A stretch of DNA of 64,000 bases. Origin: an uncultured virus (IMG/VR IMGVR_UViG_3300030419_006277) (Duplodnaviria > Heunggongvirae > Uroviricota > Caudoviricetes). Where the stretch lies: the IMG/VR virus record IMGVR_UViG_3300030419_006277, positions 1-64,000 of that record. The stretch is one strand, 5' to 3'. Positions 15,288-25,056 of the stretch are shown one piece after another. How positions within the stretch are numbered: the first letter of the stretch is position 1; each line of letters opens with the position of its first letter. The translations under genes and the position numbers were made by a program. A model generated the notes under the pieces. It did no database searches, was not told the origin of the DNA, and saw nothing but the letters and a program-made list of their open reading frames with translations.

Positions 15288-15946
15288 TGTCAGTAGCAAA
15301 GCCGATTACAGCAGCAAAATTAGCAGATGTAGGATCTGCCGCACTTGCCGCAGAGCTTGCTCCCTATGTTGGGAAAGCGATTCGTTTTGGTGGTGAAGTT
15401 TTAGGAGGTTATTTTTCTGGTGTAGGTCGTACTACTAGAGAGAGTGTTTTAGGTGCGCTTACTGATGAAGTTGGAGGAGGTCGAAAAGGGAGCGAATCTC
15501 CAAAATATAAAGGTAATGTAGGGACTTTTGAGAGAGATGGAAAAACATTTGCTCACATGCGGAAGCCATCAGGATCCTATCCAGAGTGGGCTCAAGCTGC
15601 ATATGAACATCCAGCAACGACTGCTGAAATTGCAAGTCGTGTAGTTCCAGCTGCTGGGTTACTTGCAGGTGCTGGTGCACTTAATTGGTTTGCAGAAAGT
15701 GGCGGTTCACCAAGAAGTGATTATTCTCTTCCTGTGGATCCAAATCCAAATGTTACTGCTGCGAATGTATCTTATCAAAATCAATCTGCATTAGAAGAAC
15801 AGAAGTTTAGGCACCACATGGCACTACAACAAGCTAGAGCGCAATCTCGTATTCCTGGTCCACAAGATACCTCTGTAGGTTCATATGGTGGTGGACCTTA
15901 TGGCTCTTCAGAAGCTTTGAATATTGTTAAAGGTATTTACGGATAA
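15287..15946 (+). CDS. Gly/Ala-rich hypothetical (putative virion) protein
   Basis: ORF with TAATG coupling. Confidence 0.65.
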   Translation: MSVAKPITAAKLADVGSAALAAELAPYVGKAIRFGGEVLGGYFSGVGRTTRESVLGALTDEVGGGRKGSESPKYKGNVGTFERDGKTFAHMRKPSGSYPEWAQAAYEHPATTAEIASRVVPAAGLLAGAGALNWFAESGGSPRSDYSLPVDPNPNVTAANVSYQNQSALEEQKFRHHMALQQARAQSRIPGPQDTSVGSYGGGPYGSSEALNIVKGIYG

Positions 15947-15991
15947 TGTATATATCTGTGGCAAGTATAATGATTAAAAAAGATATTTAAG

Positions 15992-16615
15992 ATGAGCGAT
16001 TACGATTATCTACCTCCAGGTACTGTAGGAGTTTGGGATAGTGACTCTGATGTATATAGTACTTTTTCAGGACCAAATGCCTTTGAAAAGGCACAATCAA
16101 GTCCTCAGTGGGGTGGTAATCAGTGGGCAAATGCACTGAGTCTTGCTTCTGGATTCTTTGGGGGAGGTAGTAGTAAATCAGGAGGTTCCACGAACGTTGA
16201 TAAAGGAGGGTATCTTCAGCAAGCGAAAAAGGAAGCTGCACAAGAGAAGCGACAGCAAGGTGTACAGAAAATATTTGATAATTTCTATAAAGAACGGGAA
16301 TACTGGGAACCACAAAGTAACCCACAACAGTTTGCACAGCAATATGCTGCTGGAATGTCCGGCGGCGGCGGGGGTAGCAGCAGTGGTGGCAATAAAATTG
16401 GTAGTGCATTAGGCGGTGCAGCATCAGGGGCACAGATTGGAAGTATGATTGCACCTGGAATTGGGACTGCTATCGGAGCTGGATTAGGTGCTATTGGTGG
16501 ACTCTTTTGTGATGTACGTCTGAAGACTGATATTGCTCCATTAGAAAGATCTGATGTTCATGATGAATTAGCTGAGATGGCATTCCTTGTGAAAGAGATT
16601 CGTGAGTGCGCTTGA
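15992..16615 (+). CDS. Glycine-zipper putative ejection protein ending in the N-terminal part of a peptidase S74 (intramolecular chaperone) domain
   Basis: GGAASGAQIG...GTAIGAGLGAIGGLF followed by CDVRLKTDI.PL. Confidence 0.7.
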   Translation: MSDYDYLPPGTVGVWDSDSDVYSTFSGPNAFEKAQSSPQWGGNQWANALSLASGFFGGGSSKSGGSTNVDKGGYLQQAKKEAAQEKRQQGVQKIFDNFYKEREYWEPQSNPQQFAQQYAAGMSGGGGGSSSGGNKIGSALGGAASGAQIGSMIAPGIGTAIGAGLGAIGGLFCDVRLKTDIAPLERSDVHDELAEMAFLVKEIRECA

Positions 16616-16823
16616 AAAGTTAAAACAACTGGAGCCAATTCAGTTTCGTTATAACGAGAAGTTAGATCCTTCACAGTCATTAAGGGGAGGCTTTTCTGCA
16701 CAACAAGTACAAAAGATTATCCCTGAAGCTGTCAATGAAGTGGATGGTGTTTTGATGCTTGATATGAATGTTTTAAGGAATTATGTTGCTCTAGCTAGAG
16801 AAGAGATACTTTCGAAGGGTTAG
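16602..16823 (+). CDS. C-terminal part of a peptidase S74 chaperone domain as a separate ORF
   Basis: ALEKLKQLEPIQFRY...GFSAQQVQKIIPEAV...LD matches the S74 consensus. Confidence 0.75.
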   Translation: MSALEKLKQLEPIQFRYNEKLDPSQSLRGGFSAQQVQKIIPEAVNEVDGVLMLDMNVLRNYVALAREEILSKG

Positions 16824-16865
16824 TAGATTTAAAATAATTGAATATAGATATTTAGTGTTAAGAAA

Positions 16866-17744
16866 ATGGCTGCTGGTGCATTAGTTCCTGTTGTAGGTAA
16901 ATTTGCAACACAAATTCCTAGATTCGCTAATTTGGCTGGTTTAGGAACCAGAATAATGGGTGCAGCACGTCCAGTTGCGAATGTAGTTCGAGCAAATCCC
17001 ATGAGGACTTTGGGCGCTCTTGGCGCTGGAAAAGGATTTTTAGATCAAGGTTTTGGTGGAATAATTCCAGGAGCTATACAAGGAGCTACTATTGGCGGCA
17101 TTGGCGGCAGCATGGGAACTGCTGGAGGAGTTACTAGAGCTTTAGCTTCTCGTGGTGTAGCACCTAAGATTGCATCAAACATAGCAAAAGTAGGATTACC
17201 TTTGTTAGGTGCTGGTGCCACATTAGGTACAACAGGTACAGGATTCGGCGGCGCTGGCGGTGGACAACCACCAGGAAATATTGGTGGTCCGTTAGCGAGT
17301 GCTGCAGGTGGTGGTGCTGGCAATATCGGTGCTGCAGGTGCTGGTTGGGTTCTACAGAATACAATTACTGGTGAACAGGTTCCTATTGATCCACAGTCTG
17401 CTTTACCTGCAGGAATGGGTCAGTTTGGTTATACCGATCCTTATGGAAATATTTGGAATCAAATCAATCCACAAGGTCCTGCTCAAGGTCGTCGTACTGG
17501 AAAAATCCTTGATGCAGACACAACTGCTAAAGAAATCAATATTCTTGCTCCAACCATAAGGAAGTGGGCTGAGCAAGCTAAGAAGGATGAGTTAACTCGT
17601 CAACTCGCCGCTGCAGGTGTTCGTCAGAACATTGCAACAAATGCAAGACTCAATGAGCTTTCTGCTGCTGCTTCTCAACAAGCTGCAATGACAGGTCTCC
17701 AACAAACTGGTTCTGCATTAACTCAGCAGTATAACTACGCATAA
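16866..17744 (+). CDS. Gly-rich putative internal virion/ejection protein
   Basis: Glycine zippers followed by a Gln/Ala-rich helical C-terminus. Confidence 0.65.
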   Translation: MAAGALVPVVGKFATQIPRFANLAGLGTRIMGAARPVANVVRANPMRTLGALGAGKGFLDQGFGGIIPGAIQGATIGGIGGSMGTAGGVTRALASRGVAPKIASNIAKVGLPLLGAGATLGTTGTGFGGAGGGQPPGNIGGPLASAAGGGAGNIGAAGAGWVLQNTITGEQVPIDPQSALPAGMGQFGYTDPYGNIWNQINPQGPAQGRRTGKILDADTTAKEINILAPTIRKWAEQAKKDELTRQLAAAGVRQNIATNARLNELSAAASQQAAMTGLQQTGSALTQQYNYA

Positions 17745-17749
17745 TTGCT

Positions 17750-18592
17750 ATGGTTGAATTCAGCCCATTAGGACTATTACAAGGGGTATACGGAGTTCAG
17801 AATCAAGGTTATGGTTCGACTCCTTACACTTTTAATCAAACTCCTCAGTATACAATTCGACCTGCGATTCCAGTTTCCGGTCCTAATGTTGTACCGAACG
17901 TGCAGCAGATTCCAAGGACTATAGGGACAGTCACGAACCCTGGGATGGTTGGAAGAAATGTTGATGTTGGTGCAGGGTCAGGAATGCAACCTGTCTTAGA
18001 AGATAATGAAGCTTTAGAGAAGTGGGGTAAGAGTAAGAGAGTAGTTGCTAAAGATGCTCCTGAAGGAATTGGCAGAAATATTTTAGGTTTACTTGATTTT
18101 GTTACCTTAGGAATAGCTGACTTTGACAAGCGTGGAAATTTATTCGGCGGAGAGCATTTACCTGGGTTAAGACCTGGTTCTGGTTATGGTGGTCAAGTTG
18201 AGTATGAACCAGTAGAAAAGCCTACCGTCAAACTTCCTCAGGGACCAGATGCAGGTATACCTACTGGTAGTGCTCTTCCCACAGAAGCAGAAATGGATTC
18301 GTGGAGTAGGGCAAGAGAAAGAGATTATTGGAGAACAAGAGCTTCTACACGAGATAGAAACCGCATGATGCTTCAGGACGCATCTAATAAACTAGGTGTT
18401 CTTGGGCCTCAGTTACTTGGTCTCCAAGAAGAGGCAATGCTCAGAGGACAAGCTTCTCCTGTTGTCCAATCAAATCTACGTCAGCAAGCAAAGAAAGGTG
18501 GTGTACTTGATTCTGAACAAGCAAAGAATTATGCAGCAGCAAATCTAATGTGGCAGCAAGGAGTTAATATGGCTCCTCGCAGATTCGGTTAA
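17750..18592 (+). CDS. Hypothetical (putative virion) protein
   Basis: 280-aa ORF. Confidence 0.65.
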   Translation: MVEFSPLGLLQGVYGVQNQGYGSTPYTFNQTPQYTIRPAIPVSGPNVVPNVQQIPRTIGTVTNPGMVGRNVDVGAGSGMQPVLEDNEALEKWGKSKRVVAKDAPEGIGRNILGLLDFVTLGIADFDKRGNLFGGEHLPGLRPGSGYGGQVEYEPVEKPTVKLPQGPDAGIPTGSALPTEAEMDSWSRARERDYWRTRASTRDRNRMMLQDASNKLGVLGPQLLGLQEEAMLRGQASPVVQSNLRQQAKKGGVLDSEQAKNYAAANLMWQQGVNMAPRRFG

Positions 18593-18642
18593 GCGAACAG
18601 CTAACTATTGCTAAAATAAATAAATCCTGAGGTTTCATAATA

Positions 18643-19161
18643 ATGGGCGGAAGAAGGCCATCACCACCACAAATAATCTATCCTCCGTCGCCACCACCCC
18701 CAGCGCCACCTACTCAGGTGCCTTCGCAATCTTTAGCGACTCAGACTGCTCTAAATGAGGTTAGTGGGAAACAGCAGAGACTCAACATGGAGTTGGGTGC
18801 TCAGTTAGATAGAACTAATGCAGAATTTTTTGCTGGTCAGGATATTCGCCGTGCTCAGTCTGCTGGTGCTGAACAGAGATTAAGTACAGCTGCTATAGGA
18901 GAAGAAACTCGCTCTACCGCTAGGGTCGAAGGAGAAGAAGCTCGTGCTGGCATTGCTGAAACTGGTTTACAGTATCGCCGTGGTATTGAGACTTCCGGTC
19001 AGCAAGAACGGCAGACAACGCGGGTTCGTGGCGATGAAGCTAGACAGTTAGAAAGAACAAGAGGTGGGGAAACACGACTAACTGACTTGCAAAAAGAGAT
19101 GTTCCGCCGCTATAAAGAGAATAGGGATTACGAACAAGCTCAACAGCAGTATCGAACATGA
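18643..19161 (+). CDS. Pro-rich plus coiled-coil hypothetical protein
   Basis: PPSPPPPAPP; G(E/Q)E.R pseudo-repeats. Confidence 0.7.
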   Translation: MGGRRPSPPQIIYPPSPPPPAPPTQVPSQSLATQTALNEVSGKQQRLNMELGAQLDRTNAEFFAGQDIRRAQSAGAEQRLSTAAIGEETRSTARVEGEEARAGIAETGLQYRRGIETSGQQERQTTRVRGDEARQLERTRGGETRLTDLQKEMFRRYKENRDYEQAQQQYRT

Positions 19162-19643
19162 ATGATTGGATTCAAGGTTTAACCGATAAAGACCGCGAAT
19201 CCTTTCTAGCTTTCTGTAAACGAACAAACTCTACAATTCAGATTTATCTGTACTCTCGTTTTTTAGGGTTTACAGGGACAATTGTTGATTCTGATAAGTG
19301 GTCTCAAAAGAAATTTAAGAAGCGTAATTTCAGTGAGGTATTGGAATTAGAAATTGATTATATGCAGCAAGATATTTCTAAGTTAAGGGAAGCAATTGAT
19401 ATGGGGATGGTTAAACAAGATATGGGTACTGCTCGAATTGCGATGCTGCAGAAAGAATTACGTGGCTCAATAAAACAATTGCATGATGAGAAGGTATTAC
19501 TTGATAAGCAAGGTTTGATTCTCGCTGGAGCTGACAGAGCTTTGCGCGAGATGCTGTCCATTTTTCGCGATGACCCCATTGAAGGGCCTTTACAAGAAGC
19601 TTCTATGGGGGTTTGGACAAAAATTTTACAAGAGGAATCTTAG
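19158..19643 (+). CDS. Candidate terminase small subunit
   Basis: Helical 161-aa ORF directly upstream of TerL (positional inference only). Confidence 0.45.
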   Translation: MNDWIQGLTDKDRESFLAFCKRTNSTIQIYLYSRFLGFTGTIVDSDKWSQKKFKKRNFSEVLELEIDYMQQDISKLREAIDMGMVKQDMGTARIAMLQKELRGSIKQLHDEKVLLDKQGLILAGADRALREMLSIFRDDPIEGPLQEASMGVWTKILQEES

Positions 19644-19667
19644 TAATTAATACGCTATGCTACGACC

Positions 19668-21191
19668 ATGGCAGGTACAAGTATTTACAGTGTTTATAGG
19701 CGAACAGCTAGAGCTGCAGCTAAACAGCATGTCGTTAAGAAAACTTCTAATATTGATATAGAACGTGCTCGTACAGATTTTGCATATTTTTGCGATGTAG
19801 TAGGAAATAAACCTCCTGCCGCCCATCATAAGGAATGGCATAAATATCTTTGTACAGGAGATGATAGTGAGTGTTTAACTGGTATTGCCGGTCCCAATAT
19901 TGATATTCTTGCTCCACGAGGTTCTGCTAAATCAACTGTTTTAGGTTTATTCACTGCTTGGTCAATTGGAGTGCATGCTTTAAAAAAGATGCCTCTGAAA
20001 ATCTTATATATTTCATACACGGTTGATGTTGCTCGTCCAAAAAGCGCTGCAATTAAGAGAATTCTTGAAGATAGCAAAGCTTATAAAGAGATTTTTCCAA
20101 CAGTAAAAATTGCTAAAGGAATTAATTCCAATGAATATTGGAGTATTGATTGGAAATTTGCAGGGATTAAATCTACTGGTGAGGAAGAGTTTACTGTTTG
20201 TTGCGCTGGATTAAAAGGTGCTGTGACATCTAAACGTTCTCATCTTTGCATTATTGATGACGCAATTAAAAGTGCTGATGACATAAAGAATAGAGATATT
20301 CGTCAAGCTATGGAAGATAACTGGAATGCAGTTATTGTTCCTACGATGTTTGAAGGTGCTAGAGCTATTTGTTTAGGTACTCGTTTCCGTCACGATGACA
20401 TCCATAATTCAACTTTTATTCCAGCTCACAATTGGGTCCAAATAGTACAGTCTGCGATTACTGTCGATAAAGAGGGGGATGAAATTTCTTATTGGCCGGA
20501 TATGTGGTCATTAGATTATCTTGCTGATAGAAGAAGGATTGCTCCAGTAGCTTTTAGTTTTCAATATCAAAATCAAATTGTACAAACGAGCGAGTTATCT
20601 CTTTCACCAGACTTAATTGTTAAGGGCGCCATTTCGACTAGTTTTGATGCTATGGGAGTTGGGGTTGATTTATCCGCCGGTGTGAGAGAACAGAATGATT
20701 ACACCGTTTTTGTGATGGGAGGTCGGGTTGGCAACAAAATTCATATTATTGATTGCAAACGTGTACGAGTTATGGGGAACTTAGAAAAATTAGATCTTTT
20801 AATGGAGATGATGGATGAATGGGGAATTATTCATAAGGATGGGAACAATTACTTTCCTACCGGAAGCAGCATTCATATTTGGTCAGAAGCAGTTGCATAT
20901 CAGGCTTCTTTAGAGGCAGATTTTAAAAGAATTTGTTTAGGTGATCAGGGTTTATACAACTTAATTTGGCATCCTGTCAAGGGTTTCCGTGGTGATAAAG
21001 TTGCTAGATTTAGAGGGATAATGGGCTTGTTTGAGCAGAGAAAAATTATCTTTAATAAGTTTCGAAAGTTTGGTCCATTGACAGATGAAATTGTGAATTT
21101 TGGGGTCAGTTCACACGATGACTGTGTGGATGCATTGGTATGGCTGTGTAATGGGTTAATGACCCGAGGAAAACTAGAGTTAGAGTATTGA
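19668..21191 (+). CDS. terL: Terminase large subunit
   Basis: Walker A APRGSAKST; Walker B LCIIDD; GTRF..DD; nuclease motifs GVDLS, DYT and HDDCVDAL. Confidence 0.93.
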   Translation: MAGTSIYSVYRRTARAAAKQHVVKKTSNIDIERARTDFAYFCDVVGNKPPAAHHKEWHKYLCTGDDSECLTGIAGPNIDILAPRGSAKSTVLGLFTAWSIGVHALKKMPLKILYISYTVDVARPKSAAIKRILEDSKAYKEIFPTVKIAKGINSNEYWSIDWKFAGIKSTGEEEFTVCCAGLKGAVTSKRSHLCIIDDAIKSADDIKNRDIRQAMEDNWNAVIVPTMFEGARAICLGTRFRHDDIHNSTFIPAHNWVQIVQSAITVDKEGDEISYWPDMWSLDYLADRRRIAPVAFSFQYQNQIVQTSELSLSPDLIVKGAISTSFDAMGVGVDLSAGVREQNDYTVFVMGGRVGNKIHIIDCKRVRVMGNLEKLDLLMEMMDEWGIIHKDGNNYFPTGSSIHIWSEAVAYQASLEADFKRICLGDQGLYNLIWHPVKGFRGDKVARFRGIMGLFEQRKIIFNKFRKFGPLTDEIVNFGVSSHDDCVDALVWLCNGLMTRGKLELEY

Positions 21192-21219
21192 CGATTTAAA
21201 CTAGAGAAATCACATCCCA

Positions 21220-21402
21220 ATGTCACCCAGCTTTTACGAAATTGAGTTAGAACAGGATGCATACGGCTCTGCTGTTATTCCTCTTCCTGATGAATTATGT
21301 CATGATCTATCTATTCAACCTAATGAAAGGTTTGAGGTAGAAGTCGATGATGACACTATTACGCTTAAACGAGTACACGCTGGTTACGTCATTGATCAAT
21401 AG
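21220..21402 (+). CDS. AbrB/MazE/SpoVT-family DNA-binding protein
   Basis: GSAVIPLPDELCHDLSIQPNERFEVEVDDDTITLKR swapped-hairpin pattern. Confidence 0.75.
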   Translation: MSPSFYEIELEQDAYGSAVIPLPDELCHDLSIQPNERFEVEVDDDTITLKRVHAGYVIDQ

Positions 21403-21421
21403 AGTACTTTGTTAAACAACC

Positions 21422-23677
21422 ATGATGAGCGATAGCAATAGTAAAGCTGAACTTGAATCTATCCTCAAGTCGGTTGTAAATCGTGACGGCACCGGACCAG
21501 CCGATACGATGTTGGTTAATGCCCATCTTTCCCAGATGAAGATGTTTGGGATAAGGCAGGGTGTAGAGTTTTTCCCCGAACAAGATAATTTTGGCTCTCA
21601 GAGATTTGATTTCATACAACAGGTAATTAAATTTAATAAATTAGATGCAAGATTAGACTCAATTTGGGACAGATTTTTAGCCTATGGAAAAGGTCTTTTC
21701 TATATTCGTCCAACGAAGAAGACTTATCGTATTTATTGGTTTGATAAAGATTCTTATCGTACTTATTATTCTCCAGAAGGTGATTTAGAAGAAGTTATCA
21801 TTATTTATCCTTATAAGGTAAAGTCTTCAAAAGGATTTCAAGGAGTTGGTTTAAATACAGATAAGCGTTATATGCGTTTACGCATCACTGCAACTGAAAT
21901 TGAAGAGTTTCATAGTGAACAAGAGATAACGTTTGATCAGGAGAATATGAATTTTGCAACTTTTGATAAGAAAGTTGTAGAAAACACAATGGAATTTATT
22001 CCTTGTGTAGAGGTGTTTAATAATCCGGACGCCTTTGGTACTGATGGCGCTGGTGAATTTGAATGGATAGCTAATCAAATTGTTGCTCATGATGAGATGG
22101 TTAAAAACATCAGAGCAAATTTATCTTTCTTTGGTAATCCAACATTACTTTCTTCTCGTCCTAAACAAGATATTGTTGAACAGGATGCTGACAGTGCAGT
22201 TCAGAGACCTAGTATTTCAAGTCAATCTGGATTCCAATCCAACTTCGATTTATCTAGTTCTACTTATAAGCAGGATCCGATTACTCGAACACAACCAGGT
22301 TACGTAGGAAGACCTGGAAGTGGTATGCGTGTACCACGAGTTATCGCCAATTTGGAGCCATCCGATCGTGTTGGTTTTATTACTCCTAATGCTGTTAGTA
22401 CAGATCAAGCTCGTTTTGCTGAGCAATTACGTTCTGAAATACGATTAGCACTTGGTGGTATTGATGATCTTTCAATTACCAATGTAACTGCAACTGAGAT
22501 TAAATCTGCTTATGGCCGTGTTAGTGCAACTGCTAAAAAGAAATGTTTACAGCTTTACACATATGGTGTTTGTAAGTGTTTTGAGTTAATCATTTTTCAG
22601 GAAGAACAGATTTTCCGTAAATCATTAGCTTATGCAGCTGGTATTAAGTATCCAGAACCTCCTGAAGATTTAGATGATCCTAAATTGCAGGAGAAATATG
22701 AAAAGCAGAAAAGTAAATACGAACAGAAATTACAGGATGCAATTGATATTGCTATTGATACTCAGGAAATACCTGACGGTGTTTTAGGATTAGCTCCTGA
22801 TGGCGATAGAACCGTGTTATGGCGGTGGATGGGGCCTGTTTATGAGGATACAGCGCAGGATAAATTGAATCAATCTATCTTTACTCGTAACCTACAAGAA
22901 TTAGGCGTTGATAGCATAGAAGCACTGAAGTATCTATTTCCTTCCAAAACTGATGATGAAATCGCGGGCATGCTCTCCGGTTTCCCATTCAGAATGGTAG
23001 GTGAGGTACAGAGGGCGTATTCCTCCTTTATTGACTTAATCAATCAAGAGATGAGGACTCCGCATCCACAGCAGCCTAATTTACCTATGGCTGCAGATCC
23101 TAGATTGGATCTAACTCCATTTTTATATAGAACACTCGAATCTCTCCAGAAGGAAGTAACTTATGCAGGACGCTACCGTAGCGCCGACCCAATCGGCACC
23201 CCAAGTATCCCAGACCCAGCCGAACAGCTACGTGGCTCCAGTAGCTCAGACAGCGGCCCAGGCACCAACAGTTGGTACAACACCACAGTGGGTGGCCCCC
23301 TCCCAGCCGACGGCGGCACCAATGCCACAAGTGCAAGCGCAGATGGGCGTACCGACTTACCAGTCGACCCCTACAGCTTCTTACCCCCAGGCACCCCAGG
23401 TAGCCCCACAAGCGGAGAACCCCTACAAGGAGGCGTTCAACAAGGTGGTGGGCGCCCTGAGTTCTCCAGTCCAATTCCCGTTCCAGGGTCAACCATCGAG
23501 TCAGGCCCAAACCGTCGACCCGGCGAGTTACGCTTCCCAGCAAGCTCCCCAATACAGCAACGCGGTAGCGCCGACCTCTATGCCTGGGACCAGCAACAGC
23601 CAGGACTTATCCAACAACTATTCCCAAACATCGCTGGAGATAACACCAGACCAGCTAAGGGCAAACGGAGTAAGTGA
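21422..23677 (+). CDS. Portal protein with a long disordered C-terminal extension
   Basis: Position after TerL; size; FLAYGKGLFYIRP and GGIDDLSITNVTATEIK portal-like segments. Confidence 0.8.
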   Translation: MMSDSNSKAELESILKSVVNRDGTGPADTMLVNAHLSQMKMFGIRQGVEFFPEQDNFGSQRFDFIQQVIKFNKLDARLDSIWDRFLAYGKGLFYIRPTKKTYRIYWFDKDSYRTYYSPEGDLEEVIIIYPYKVKSSKGFQGVGLNTDKRYMRLRITATEIEEFHSEQEITFDQENMNFATFDKKVVENTMEFIPCVEVFNNPDAFGTDGAGEFEWIANQIVAHDEMVKNIRANLSFFGNPTLLSSRPKQDIVEQDADSAVQRPSISSQSGFQSNFDLSSSTYKQDPITRTQPGYVGRPGSGMRVPRVIANLEPSDRVGFITPNAVSTDQARFAEQLRSEIRLALGGIDDLSITNVTATEIKSAYGRVSATAKKKCLQLYTYGVCKCFELIIFQEEQIFRKSLAYAAGIKYPEPPEDLDDPKLQEKYEKQKSKYEQKLQDAIDIAIDTQEIPDGVLGLAPDGDRTVLWRWMGPVYEDTAQDKLNQSIFTRNLQELGVDSIEALKYLFPSKTDDEIAGMLSGFPFRMVGEVQRAYSSFIDLINQEMRTPHPQQPNLPMAADPRLDLTPFLYRTLESLQKEVTYAGRYRSADPIGTPSIPDPAEQLRGSSSSDSGPGTNSWYNTTVGGPLPADGGTNATSASADGRTDLPVDPYSFLPPGTPGSPTSGEPLQGGVQQGGGRPEFSSPIPVPGSTIESGPNRRPGELRFPASSPIQQRGSADLYAWDQQQPGLIQQLFPNIAGDNTRPAKGKRSK

Positions 23678-24212
23678 GACTAGCCTTCAGGTAATTGATC
23701 ATTTTGGTCCTAATGCTGCTGAAGATTTAAATACTTATTCTTGTCAGCTTGAAGATCACTTAATACAAACTAATCAGCAATTAGGTGAGTCAGTTGCTCT
23801 TCTTAAGGAGCTTTCTGCTGAGCATAAAGCTTATGAAAGGATTCTTACTGATCCTGATGTTTTAGCTGATTACACATGTGAATTCTTTGGTGAAAACGGT
23901 CCTTACCCTGTTTCTCAGAAAGGGCAAGCTCCACAAGGACAGCAAGTTGGGCAGCAGTTCCAGAATGCAGATAGATCTCACACAATACCTACTGCTCCTG
24001 CTCCTGCGGCTAAGCCTGCGACTACAGCTCCTGCTCCTCAGCGTCCTTCAATGCCTGCTCCTCCAGCTCCTCAGCCACAAGGGAATCCAGAAGATTTCTG
24101 GAATAACTTTGGCAACGCTGCTGATAGGGACCCACAGAACGCTTGGCGTTATCTGAATGCTGCACAGCAAAATCCTGAAGTTTTCCGTAACAAGCTTCTT
24201 GTAATGGAGTGA
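23163..24212 (+). CDS. Putative capsid scaffolding protein
   Basis: Gln/Pro/Ala-rich with a central coiled coil; lies between portal and MCP; overlaps portal by 515 nt. Confidence 0.7.
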   Translation: MQDATVAPTQSAPQVSQTQPNSYVAPVAQTAAQAPTVGTTPQWVAPSQPTAAPMPQVQAQMGVPTYQSTPTASYPQAPQVAPQAENPYKEAFNKVVGALSSPVQFPFQGQPSSQAQTVDPASYASQQAPQYSNAVAPTSMPGTSNSQDLSNNYSQTSLEITPDQLRANGVSETSLQVIDHFGPNAAEDLNTYSCQLEDHLIQTNQQLGESVALLKELSAEHKAYERILTDPDVLADYTCEFFGENGPYPVSQKGQAPQGQQVGQQFQNADRSHTIPTAPAPAAKPATTAPAPQRPSMPAPPAPQPQGNPEDFWNNFGNAADRDPQNAWRYLNAAQQNPEVFRNKLLVME

Positions 24213-24232
24213 TTTAACTCCTCATTAAATAA

Positions 24233-24253
24233 GGGGTAGCAAAATGCTGCCCC
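24233..24253 (+). terminator. Stem-loop after the scaffold gene (terminator or processing site; no U-tract)
   Basis: GGGGTAGCA-AAA-TGCTGCCCC. Confidence 0.45.
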
Positions 24254-24269
24254 AACACTTATTCCCCTA

Positions 24270-24704
24270 ATGGCAAAAAAGAAAGCTAGAGATAGAGCAG
24301 ACGAGTTTATAGCTAGTCTAGGAACAGCCGGTGGGCCTATTGGTTCTCCGGGGTTAATTAGTTTTGGTGGTTCTGATATTCAAGCTCAGATTTTTGCTGG
24401 GAATAGTGATCAATACGCTCCAATTAGGATGCGTCAAGGAGAGTTAGGAGTAGGTAATCCAAATGCAGAGGTTCCTCCAATGCCTCAGGATTTAGATGCT
24501 TCTTACTTAAAGTTAAATTTACCTGGTTCTCCATTACCAGCTAATGCTTTACTTTCTCCTCAGAATCAGATGGCTGCAGAATTTACTCAGAATCAAATTG
24601 CAGCCAATGAGCAGCTCTATTTAAGAAATGCTATGAATCCTGTTGGTTTAATGAAATTGCCAGTAGGTAACTTCCAATCTCCTAAGAAAAAAGGTAGCCG
24701 CTAA
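24270..24704 (+). CDS. Hypothetical (putative head) protein
   Basis: ORF between scaffold and MCP. Confidence 0.65.
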   Translation: MAKKKARDRADEFIASLGTAGGPIGSPGLISFGGSDIQAQIFAGNSDQYAPIRMRQGELGVGNPNAEVPPMPQDLDASYLKLNLPGSPLPANALLSPQNQMAAEFTQNQIAANEQLYLRNAMNPVGLMKLPVGNFQSPKKKGSR

Positions 24705-24898
24705 TGAACACCGCTAAAGCACAAGAAGCTGTAGACAAGTCACTTGAACATAAGCTTATAGCGGCAGCTATGGCAGAGGCTGCAGAGGAACCAATTGGAG
24801 GTGCAACTATGCAACCTAAAGATGGATTTGTTAATCCATATGGACGTATAGGAGCGATGCCCCCAACCGAATATTCTTTGACAAATAGTCTGAATTAA
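24704..24898 (+). CDS. Hypothetical protein
   Basis: TAATG coupling. Confidence 0.6.
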   Translation: MNTAKAQEAVDKSLEHKLIAAAMAEAAEEPIGGATMQPKDGFVNPYGRIGAMPPTEYSLTNSLN

Positions 24899-25056
24899 TC
24901 AGTTCTTTAGAGATAAACTTAGTAAAGTCTGATTATTAAGTCATATTATAATTAATTTTAATGGAATTTAGGTTCCATATATGGAAGATTTGATCCTCTT
25001 TTCAGAGGATTTAATTTTCAGGTATCAGCAAATCTCATAGCGCTGAAAAAACCCCA

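Noticed and set aside
23100..23552. Third, antisense ORF across the portal/scaffold overlap
   Set aside because: Likely a by-product of GC-rich, stop-poor dual-coding sequence; the peptide has no recognisable features.
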